NCBI GenBank assembly: GCA_903875045.1
Contig: CAIQUS010000220.1
Location: 784-64,783 of the forward strand
Length of the DNA stretch: 64,000 bases
Reading direction: 5' to 3'
Origin: an uncultured Bacteroidales bacterium
Lineage (GTDB): Bacteria; Bacteroidota; Bacteroidia; Bacteroidales; FEN-979
In this document: piece by piece, positions 56,268 to 64,000 of the stretch
How positions within the stretch are numbered: the first letter of the stretch is position 1
Layout: each line of letters starts with the position of its first letter
The notes under the pieces: model-generated
The model's input: the letters and a program-made list of their open reading frames with translations, nothing else
What the model was told of the DNA's origin: nothing
Database searches by the model: none
Made by a program: the position numbers and the translations under genes

Positions 56268-56384
56268 TTTAATCCGGGCTCTTATTTGAAAAGCACAAGT
56301 ATGTGAATGTTCACTCTGCAAAGATACATGATAATTGTTTCCTTGAGCAAGTTGGTTGAAAATATTTTTAAAATGTGTGAACAG

Positions 56385-56621
56385 CTAACACGCACAGGGC
56401 CGGTTTACGATGAAATATCCAAACAGGCCGCCAAATGCAATACTGGAGTAAGGGTTGCTGGTGATGCCACAGGCACCGGAGGTACACCCGACATAAAAAT
56501 AGTATAAAAAACCTCCAAGGCCGCCAATTGCTATGAAAACCAGCGGTTTCCAAAAATCCCAGGTTTTTAGTCTGGCTTTAAACTGGAGAGAATCATTCTT
56601 TGTCTGGCAAGAATCTGACAT
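56385..56621 (-). CDS. Small two-TM membrane protein with a CTSGACG motif
   Basis: FIAIGGLGGFLYYFYVGCTSGACGITSNPYSSIAFGGLFGYF. This resembles small Cys-containing Bacteroidota membrane proteins, but the family name is uncertain. Confidence 0.45.
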   Translation of the reverse strand: MSDSCQTKNDSLQFKARLKTWDFWKPLVFIAIGGLGGFLYYFYVGCTSGACGITSNPYSSIAFGGLFGYFIVNRPCAC

Positions 56622-56716
56622 GTTTTCGTTCTAAGTGAATGATTAAATAAAATCATTTGCTAAGAAACGAAAATAAACCGGAATAGTGATAATTAAGCGA
56701 TTTGTATTTTTTGTTG

Positions 56717-57100
56717 TCAGTATCTGAAAGCTACCAGCAAAGCGCCGGTGATGTAGGCAGCAATCCACCACAGATAAGCACCAAGAGAATACCAGTGAAT
56801 TTTTTGGGGTACCAGTGTACCGGTGTCGTTGCTTCTGTAAAATTTCCAGATCAGGATGGCATCGATGAACATGCCCGCCAGCGATGAATAACCCAGGATC
56901 CCGTGCAGTGTAAACGGACCGCGGCTTGAGCCCAGGATCATAAAAGTAGTGGCGGTGATATCGAGGAGCACACCAAGTGTCAGAAATGTCAACACTCCTT
57001 TTGTGATCAGGCGCTTACGCTGTTCAGAAATGATGGCAATACTGTAACAGAGCAGGGCGCTCTGAACGATGATGATACCAGCGATGGCTAATGCATTCAT
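56717..57100 (-). CDS. Hypothetical integral membrane protein (4 TM)
   Basis: An ORF with four hydrophobic segments. Confidence 0.5.
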   Translation of the reverse strand: MNALAIAGIIIVQSALLCYSIAIISEQRKRLITKGVLTFLTLGVLLDITATTFMILGSSRGPFTLHGILGYSSLAGMFIDAILIWKFYRSNDTGTLVPQKIHWYSLGAYLWWIAAYITGALLVAFRY

Positions 57101-57132
57101 GGGTGCGGGATTTTATCGGGGCAAATGTAATG

Positions 57133-57171
57133 AAAAAAAGACCTTCCGGGTTTCAAAAACCCGAAAGGTCT
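57133..57171 (-). terminator. Rho-independent terminator downstream of the 57190 gene
   Basis: AGACCTTCCGGGTTT-caa-AAACCCGAAAGGTCT with one mismatch, preceded by A7 on the plus strand. Confidence 0.7.
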
Positions 57172-57189
57172 GACCGGTTACTTGTTTAT

Positions 57190-57897
57190 TTAAAGAACAG
57201 TGCCGGCAGTGAGGTTGATGTAAAACTGTCTTCCGGCGATCGTCAGGGTTCCGGTATAATTTCCTGTATACACAAGGGTTCCGGTAAATCCGAAGTTCCG
57301 GCCCGCCTTTGTACTTCCACTCACAACGATGGTGGCAGTACCGCTTTCCAGCATCCCCGTTGTTTTACTTACCTTAAAGTTGACAAGTGTGGTGGATACC
57401 GTACCGGTCATTGAGTTCTTGTTACCAATTTTCATGGTGAAGGTACCTTCGCGTCCCGACTGTCCGTTGACCACATAATAGTCGCCGGTCAGAAAGCCTG
57501 TTACATTGAGCCCCCCGTCGGCGGTAACAGTGGCCGTTACGTTTGGTGAATTGTAATTGCCGTTCGCATTGTAGGTCAATTGAAAATTACCGGGATTGAG
57601 AAATCCATAAGCGTAATTCATTTGGTACTGGTAAGTGATGGCAGCACCTGCTGTGCTGGTAAGTGTAAATGATGAATCGAACATGGCCGACTTCAGCACT
57701 GCATTTTGCGATAGTTCCACCACATCTTCCAACTGAGTCATTGTTCCGGCATTGCCTGTACATAAAGAGGTGGCCATGATGGAGGCGGCTTCATCGGCTG
57801 TTGCTTCCACGACCGGGGTTGCTTCTTCATTTTTCTTACACCCTGTTACCATGATGATGGCCATCAGGAGGATTGCTGCGATACGTAACTTTTTCAT
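57190..57897 (-). CDS. Hypothetical lipoprotein
   Basis: Lipobox VTGC. The Thr/Gly/Asn-rich, beta-rich composition suggests no family I recognise. Confidence 0.5.
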   Translation of the reverse strand: MKKLRIAAILLMAIIMVTGCKKNEEATPVVEATADEAASIMATSLCTGNAGTMTQLEDVVELSQNAVLKSAMFDSSFTLTSTAGAAITYQYQMNYAYGFLNPGNFQLTYNANGNYNSPNVTATVTADGGLNVTGFLTGDYYVVNGQSGREGTFTMKIGNKNSMTGTVSTTLVNFKVSKTTGMLESGTATIVVSGSTKAGRNFGFTGTLVYTGNYTGTLTIAGRQFYINLTAGTVL

Positions 57898-57924
57898 TTT
57901 GCAGGTTGTTTAAGGATTTGACAA

Positions 57925-58572
57925 TTATTTTCTGATCAATTCATCACCGATAAAACGCTGTTGCGGATCCCACAACAGGAAGGCCACCGGGCTGTAATAT
58001 TTTATGATTCCCCGGTTTTGAAACCGTTTCAGGAGCTGGTTGCTGCCAATGAACAGGAATTTATCATCGAGATAATTCTTTACAATGGTGGATATTCCTC
58101 TTTCCCATGTACCGAAGAAACTTGATTTTTCAGTCAGCAACAGGTCGATCTCCTTTTCATGTTTATCGGCGATGGCCCATGCACTGGCCATGATCCGGCG
58201 CATCTCATCGCGGCTTTCCTTTTCACTGGCTTTCTGCACCGGTGTAAATGCGGGTACCTTGCTGAAAGAAAATTCCTCAGCAGTGATAAAGCCGATCCCT
58301 GTTGCATTCCGCTTTGTTACAAGCTGACGAAGACGGGTGTTCAGAAGGTTCAGTTCTCTCTTTTCTTCTGCCGAAAGCATCTGGTTAAGTTTTACCCTTT
58401 GCGGTTCCATGATGGGTTTTACATTTTTGTCGAGATAGGTGCGCATTTCTAAAATCAATTGAGCTTTTTCATTTTCCGAAGGGGTTTTGAAGGCAGAAAA
58501 TAATACTGACCCGAATAATAGCAGGACGATCATTCCAACCGATCCTGAGAGCAATCTTGTTTTTGTTTTCAT
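57925..58572 (-). CDS. Hypothetical secreted protein
   Basis: An ORF with an N-terminal signal/anchor. I recognise no family. Confidence 0.45.
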   Translation of the reverse strand: MKTKTRLLSGSVGMIVLLLFGSVLFSAFKTPSENEKAQLILEMRTYLDKNVKPIMEPQRVKLNQMLSAEEKRELNLLNTRLRQLVTKRNATGIGFITAEEFSFSKVPAFTPVQKASEKESRDEMRRIMASAWAIADKHEKEIDLLLTEKSSFFGTWERGISTIVKNYLDDKFLFIGSNQLLKRFQNRGIIKYYSPVAFLLWDPQQRFIGDELIRK

Positions 58573-58839
58573 GTGATTTACAGTTTAAATGAGGATTTGA
58601 ATTGTTGATGAGGCAAAACTAACACAGACGGGTGGCACGGAAAGAATAATTTCAACCAACGACAGGATGAATAACACCACCGGGGAAAAAGGCATCGAAT
58701 GTCGTTTGTTTGCTCTAAAGCGCTGTTGATGGGATGAAAATGACCGAAGGTCTAAAAAACAGATCATTAAGTTTGCGATTGATGTATCATTGCACTAATT
58801 TTGTTTACAAGGCCGACCCCACCTTCCATCCTGTCATTT

Positions 58840-59853
58840 ATGATAACACGTAAGAATTATCAAAGGGTATTGCATATCGGATCATGGGTTATATTTCTGA
58901 TCCTGAGTGTTTTTGTTTTTTCTAATTTCTGGCCGATGAAAATTGCTGTGCTGAAGGCAGTTCTCAATGGTTCGCTGTTCATCCTTGTTTTTTACGTCAA
59001 TATTCTGGTGCTGATCCCACATTTTTTCTTAAAAAAAAGATACTTTTTATATGGACTATCCGGGATTGGTCTCATCACAGTTTTTATTTCCCTGCGCATC
59101 GTTTTTCGCGATTATATATTTGGAGCGCCTGCTGTGATTGAGGTTTCAGCCAGACCGCATCAGAGTGAGTTCCTGATCGTCACCAGTTTTATTTTTGTTT
59201 TTGTATTAAGTATCTTTTATCAACTGGCAAAAAATCACTTTGAGGCCGCTGAACTCAACAAGGAGATCATTCGTCAACGCGATGAGGCAGAGTTCCGGAT
59301 GCTGAAGGCCCAGGTAAACCCCCACTTCCTGTTCAACACACTCAATAACCTTTATTCACTTGCTTTTACACAGTCAGAAAAAACAGCTGATGCCATCATG
59401 TCCTTGTCGGAGATCATGCGTTATCTCATTTATGAAGCAGGGGCCAGGGAGGTACCGGCTGACAAAGAGATCAGGTTTCTGACAAATTATGTAGAACTTG
59501 AAAAATTGCGGATTGAAGATCCTTCCAAGGTAACAGTGACTGTGAATCAGCCTTTGACCAGCATGATGATCGCCCCGCTGATTTTTATTGCGTTTGTTGA
59601 GAATGCCTTTAAACACAGTTGTATCGATACCGATCCGGAAGGATTTATTCAGATTTTCCTGACTTTTCGTGATGACGAGATTCATTTTACCTGTGAAAAC
59701 AGCATCCCCAGGGTGCCGGTACCCAAAAAAGCGGGTGGCATCGGGCTTGTGAACGCCAGGGCACGTCTCGACCTGATGTACCCAGGAAAAGCCGAACTTG
59801 CGATTAAGAGTACCAGTCTGATTTACAGTGTGAACCTAAACATCAGTTTATGA
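58840..59853 (+). CDS. LytS/YehU-type sensor histidine kinase
   Basis: Four or five TM segments, then QVNPHFLFNTLNNLYSLA (the His_kinase domain) and an HATPase region. Confidence 0.8.
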   Translation: MITRKNYQRVLHIGSWVIFLILSVFVFSNFWPMKIAVLKAVLNGSLFILVFYVNILVLIPHFFLKKRYFLYGLSGIGLITVFISLRIVFRDYIFGAPAVIEVSARPHQSEFLIVTSFIFVFVLSIFYQLAKNHFEAAELNKEIIRQRDEAEFRMLKAQVNPHFLFNTLNNLYSLAFTQSEKTADAIMSLSEIMRYLIYEAGAREVPADKEIRFLTNYVELEKLRIEDPSKVTVTVNQPLTSMMIAPLIFIAFVENAFKHSCIDTDPEGFIQIFLTFRDDEIHFTCENSIPRVPVPKKAGGIGLVNARARLDLMYPGKAELAIKSTSLIYSVNLNISL

Positions 59854-60578
59854 AAATCCGATGCCTGATTGCAGATGATGAACCGCTGGCCATTAAACTG
59901 ATTTCCGACTACATTTCCCGGATTGCCCATCTTGAACTCCTAGGAAGTTGCAAACGGGCAACCGATATTCCGGGGTATCTGGGCCAGGTTGACCTGTTGT
60001 TTCTGGATATCCGGATGCCAGGGCTGACCGGTCTTGAACTCCTGCGATCCTTGCCCGTTAAACCGCTTGTGATCCTTATCACGGCATACTCTGAGCATGC
60101 CCTGGAGGGGTTTGAACTTGATGTATCGGACTATCTGGTAAAACCGGTCACTTTCGAACGGTTCATTCAGGCGGTGAACAAGGCCACCATCCGATATGAA
60201 TTGCAGCATCGTGTCGTTATTCCTTCACAAAACATACCTGCCACTGAGCCGAATGGGGAGCCGGCCGGGAAGGACTATTTCTTTGTAAAAAGCGGTTTTA
60301 AATCGGTCAGGATCAATTATGGTGATATATTATACATTGAAGGGCTGAAGGAGTATGTAAGCATTTATACCACAGGCGACCGGAAGTTCGTCAAACTTGC
60401 TGCCCTCAAAGACCTTGAACGGATGCTCCCGCCGGAACGGTTTCTTCGCATTCATAAATCATATATTGTTGCTGTAAATAAGGTTACGGCAGCTTATGGC
60501 AATACAATCGAACTGAATCAGATCAGTTTGCCGGTTGGGAGGATTTATAAGGAGGAGGTCATGAGGGTTTTTTCATAA
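59850..60578 (+). CDS. LytTR-family response regulator
   Basis: REC domain (CLIADDEP, LLFLDIRMPG) plus a LytTR DNA-binding domain (ILYIEGLKEYVSIYT, RIHKSYIV). The ATGA start overlaps the kinase gene's stop. Confidence 0.85.
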   Translation: MKIRCLIADDEPLAIKLISDYISRIAHLELLGSCKRATDIPGYLGQVDLLFLDIRMPGLTGLELLRSLPVKPLVILITAYSEHALEGFELDVSDYLVKPVTFERFIQAVNKATIRYELQHRVVIPSQNIPATEPNGEPAGKDYFFVKSGFKSVRINYGDILYIEGLKEYVSIYTTGDRKFVKLAALKDLERMLPPERFLRIHKSYIVAVNKVTAAYGNTIELNQISLPVGRIYKEEVMRVFS

Positions 60579-60630
60579 TGATGTGTTTGAAGTGTAATAG
60601 AATTCGGATATTTACTTAAACTTTACTGCT

Positions 60631-63306
60631 ATGATTAAGAAAACGTTGATCTTTTTGCCTTTAGCGCTGCTTTTCCTCTCGCTGATAAACAGCCCGGTTG
60701 CAACAAAGCCCTGGAACGAAGAAAAAACAGACAGCCTTGGTCCGTCAGTTACTGCCCATTCTTTGGGAGAGGTACACAGCTCTGTTCACTACGATCTTAC
60801 CCGGTTTTTAGCCATTCAGACGGGACTATCACCCGATACGGCTGAAATTATTGCAAGGTTTTGCGCGTTGGTCGATCAGATCAACCCCAAGGCTGGTTAT
60901 CCATATCATGCTGCATTGAACCCTACGAGTATCCCTGATACTTTTCCCAATTGGGACGAAAGTCTGGCAGGTACCGAAAGGGGGGGGCTCTTCAACAATT
61001 CCCAACATGAATATACAGCCCAATACTGGCATTTCCCTTTTCGTGATCCGGCAGATACACTAACCGGGAAGTTGGTGTGGCAAGCCTATCCCGAAGTAAC
61101 CGATGAGGGACATTTCCTCGGTCCGCCCCATTTTTGGCGTGTTCCCATAACATCTAATCTGAAATCAATGATGTTGTGGGCATTATACAATGGTGGGTTG
61201 CCGGGGCTGCCTGATAATCTTACACCCGTGGCCGTGAAATATGCGGATGCCGGTAGTTCGGGGTATCAGCTGGTACAGCCAAATTCTATACAGGCTTTTG
61301 CAATTTTCCTGCATTCCCTTGCCGATTCGTACTCGCATGAGGAATGTATGGAAAAAGACACCTTACGTGCCCATCCAGAGACAGATTCCTGTTGCGGGCT
61401 GACCTATCACTCTGAACACGAATTTGCCTATGATACCAATATCCGGGCTAAAAAACACGCTGATTCGTGTATCCATGCAATCTGGCGGTCACTCCGGGAA
61501 TTTAAACGGGTACATAACCTTCATGCCCAGGCTTTATGGACAACAGATAACAATGGATTTCAGGATGGAGACGGTATCCCTGATCAACTGGAAGATGATG
61601 GCGATGCCGATAGTACGGAATCATTTCTCGAGCGCTGGAAAAACCCTGCATCTGCAGATTTAAACGGTGACGGAATGATCAATCACAGCGATCATACTAC
61701 CTGGAGAATCCATTTATGCAATGTTGGTTTCCAGACTGCAGTTCAGGTTGCGATCAACTCCGACGGCAGTGGCCCCGATCCTTCGTCCATCCTGGATGTG
61801 AAAGCGACAAACCGGGGATTGCTGATTCCCAGGATTTCCACCATCTCCCGCGATTTAATCCCATCGCCTGCCACAGGGCTTTTGATTTACAATACGTCCA
61901 CAAATCAATTCAACTACTTCAACGGCAGTTTCTGGTATCAGACAGAAACCACCTTGATTGGTTCAACAACAGGCACACTGAATGAGGGAGGGGGCGTTTC
62001 AATCAATACCTCCTCCGGTGTATTGCCCGACAATTCTGCCATGCTGGATGTAAATGATCCCGGTAAAGGTATTTTGGTACCCGGAACGACTCCGGAATTA
62101 ATTCTGACACCCGCCACAGGATTAATCATTTATAACACTTCCACCAATCAACTGAATTTTTACAATGGCACCCAATGGATTTCGCTGTGTGCCAATTCCA
62201 CCGGGATTGCAGGCGCAGGCGGCAGTCAGACCCCTGCAGGGGTTTCCATCAAAACCGACGGGCTGGCTCCTCACCATTCTGCGATTTTGGATGTATCGGC
62301 AACAGATATGGGGGTATTAATACCCAGACTTTCAAATACCCAACGGGATGCAATACTCCCTGCCACCGGGCTTGTCATATATAATACCACTGTAAACAAC
62401 ATTGAGTTTTATAACGGGTCTTCATGGTATCAACTGAAGACAAATCTGCCTTCAGCACCTTCAGCAGGAACTCATACTCCGTCGCAAACACAGATCATCT
62501 GGAACTGGAATAGTGTACCCGGCGTTACCGGTTATAAATGGAATACCATTAATAACTATGGTACGGCAACCGATATGGCCGCAGCTACCACTAAAACCGA
62601 AATCAATCTCACATGCGGAACTACCTATACCCGGTATGCCTGGGCATATAACAGCTGTGGATATTCTTCCCCGGTAACCTTGACACAAACAACCTCAATT
62701 TGTTCCTTGTGCGGGCCTTCCATCACCATTAACCATGTAGTAGGATCGGTGGCGCCGGTTAACAAAACGGTAACATACGGCATAGTTAGCAGCCTTCCAG
62801 GTGAACCATTAAAGTGCTGGATTACAAGTAACCTTGGCGCCGACCACCAGGCTACAGCCAAAGACGATGCAACAGAACCTTCTGCCGGCTGGTACTGGCA
62901 GTTTAACCGGAAACAAGGATACAAACATGATGGTATAAGCAGAACACCCAATACCAACTGGGTAAGTTCCATCAGTGAATTCTTTGACTGGCAGTCTTTC
63001 AACGACCCATGTACTATTGAACTTGGAGGGACCTGGCGTATTCCAACCATTACTGAATGGATTAATGTGCAAACCATTGGAAACTGGTACAACGGTAACG
63101 ATGCCTGGAATTCAGGTTTAAAACTCCATTTAGCCGGGAGCCTGGGTGGTTTCAACGGTAGTCTATTTAGTCGTGGTTCCTACGGCAGGTACTGGAGCAG
63201 AACGCAGTATAATGCCGGCGACGGTTGGTACTTTTACAACACCGATTGTCTGACGACCAACTCAAGTAAGTCTGCTGGAACGACGCTGCGTTGTATCAAA
63301 GAGTGA
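60631..63306 (+). CDS. Large secreted protein with three about-83-aa internal repeats and a C-terminal Fibrobacter succinogenes major paralogous (FISUMP) domain
   Basis: Signal peptide. Repeats have the form (I/M)LDV...G(I/L/V)L(I/V)P......P.TGL(I/V)IYNT..N...(Y/F)(F/Y)NG..W. The C-terminus has CWITSNLGA...WRIPT..EW...YWS...LRCIKE. Confidence 0.7.
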   Translation: MIKKTLIFLPLALLFLSLINSPVATKPWNEEKTDSLGPSVTAHSLGEVHSSVHYDLTRFLAIQTGLSPDTAEIIARFCALVDQINPKAGYPYHAALNPTSIPDTFPNWDESLAGTERGGLFNNSQHEYTAQYWHFPFRDPADTLTGKLVWQAYPEVTDEGHFLGPPHFWRVPITSNLKSMMLWALYNGGLPGLPDNLTPVAVKYADAGSSGYQLVQPNSIQAFAIFLHSLADSYSHEECMEKDTLRAHPETDSCCGLTYHSEHEFAYDTNIRAKKHADSCIHAIWRSLREFKRVHNLHAQALWTTDNNGFQDGDGIPDQLEDDGDADSTESFLERWKNPASADLNGDGMINHSDHTTWRIHLCNVGFQTAVQVAINSDGSGPDPSSILDVKATNRGLLIPRISTISRDLIPSPATGLLIYNTSTNQFNYFNGSFWYQTETTLIGSTTGTLNEGGGVSINTSSGVLPDNSAMLDVNDPGKGILVPGTTPELILTPATGLIIYNTSTNQLNFYNGTQWISLCANSTGIAGAGGSQTPAGVSIKTDGLAPHHSAILDVSATDMGVLIPRLSNTQRDAILPATGLVIYNTTVNNIEFYNGSSWYQLKTNLPSAPSAGTHTPSQTQIIWNWNSVPGVTGYKWNTINNYGTATDMAAATTKTEINLTCGTTYTRYAWAYNSCGYSSPVTLTQTTSICSLCGPSITINHVVGSVAPVNKTVTYGIVSSLPGEPLKCWITSNLGADHQATAKDDATEPSAGWYWQFNRKQGYKHDGISRTPNTNWVSSISEFFDWQSFNDPCTIELGGTWRIPTITEWINVQTIGNWYNGNDAWNSGLKLHLAGSLGGFNGSLFSRGSYGRYWSRTQYNAGDGWYFYNTDCLTTNSSKSAGTTLRCIKE

Positions 63307-63467
63307 GGATCTCTTGCCTGCTACTGCGATGGTTTGGAAACAATCCCATCTTAAAATCTTATACATCTTAAAACAAATATCGTAATAGATATATATGTTG
63401 TTGGATGTACTTTTGTTTCCGAAGAATGCATTCCTTCGATTACTAAACCATCTAAACAACTATCCTT

Positions 63468-64000
63468 ATGAAAAAGAAAAAAATTGCCAGACCCGGTTTG
63501 ATGTTGATTTTGGGAATTTCATTCCTGACAATATCCCTGACCGGATGTACGAAGGAGAACACTATTGCCACACCCGCCGATGACTTCCAAACAAAGGAAG
63601 CCAACCTTACTTATTCTTATGCTGATTCAATACCTGCAGCGAGTTGCTGCATTGACTCCCTCCCCTATGAAACCCTGAGCTCCGATGAATCAGAATCCCT
63701 TATTTTCATGCGTGAAGAAGAATACCTTGCTCATGATGTTTACCTTACATTATCTCAGGCATACACCAAACCCATTTTCCGGAATATCTCGCATAGCGAA
63801 TTACGGCATACTAATGCAATCAAGGCACTGATTGTCAAATATAACCTTGTCGATCCGGCCGCGAACCATATTACAGGTGTTTTCACCAATCCACAACTTC
63901 AATCCCTTTATTCAGCACTTGTGAGCCAGGGTTCGGCTTCATTGCTGAATGGATTGCTTGTCGGCGCAACCATCGAAGACCTGGATATTGTTGATCACCG
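63468..64000 (+). CDS. DUF2202 (ferritin-like) lipoprotein; the 3' end is truncated by the window edge
   Basis: Not in the ORF track because it has no stop in the window. My translation gives MKKKKIARPGLMLILGISFLTISLTGC..., then SLIFMREEEYLAHDVYLTLSQAYTKPIFRNISHSELRHTNAIKALIVKYNLVDP, typical of DUF2202. Confidence 0.65.
   Translation, partial: MKKKKIARPGLMLILGISFLTISLTGCTKENTIATPADDFQTKEANLTYSYADSIPAASCCIDSLPYETLSSDESESLIFMREEEYLAHDVYLTLSQAYTKPIFRNISHSELRHTNAIKALIVKYNLVDPAANHITGVFTNPQLQSLYSALVSQGSASLLNGLLVGATIEDLDIVDH

Overview
This 64 kb window looks like a chromosomal segment of a Bacteroidota bacterium. The evidence is several T9SS C-terminal sorting domains, TTG-N19-21-TAnnTTTG-type promoters with no obvious Shine-Dalgarno sites, and the flippase/dut/TPR/DUF4292/M23 gene string. 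I support about 50 protein genes and one tRNA-Arg(CCT). Housekeeping genes include ackA, a 3-hydroxyacyl-CoA dehydrogenase, metG, dut, an RNase H with a hybrid-binding domain, yraN and an LD-carboxypeptidase. There is also a TetR/TolC/MFP/RND efflux operon, a TonB-dependent receptor, a class III adenylate cyclase, a CNNM/CorC protein and a LytS/LytTR pair. No CRISPR array, integrase, transposase or rRNA gene was seen.

The most interesting region is 10.7-16.3 kb. Four paralogous small secreted proteins of a family I cannot name each have their own terminator and a conserved promoter. They are interleaved with a PAS histidine kinase gene and a LuxR-type regulator gene that sit apart rather than in an operon. 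A near-invariant 7-2-7 palindrome, TGCGTAA-TT-TTACGCA, lies at fixed distances from all of these genes.

Other notable points:
- A group-4 hydrogenase-like large/small subunit pair at the left edge has lost its metal-ligand cysteines.
- A CGTCACC heptanucleotide repeat occurs at three loci: once inside a T9SS cargo gene, once next to a truncated CBM48 gene, and once as a palindromic array.
- An exactly 50-bp-periodic array of decaying hairpin units lies upstream of rnhA.
- A mirrored 4+4 array of CACTNAG heptamers lies upstream of ackA.
- A tRNA-flanked, hypothetical-rich stretch begins with a truncated VOC gene stub.

All calls come from reading the sequence and the ORF track by eye. No database search was run.
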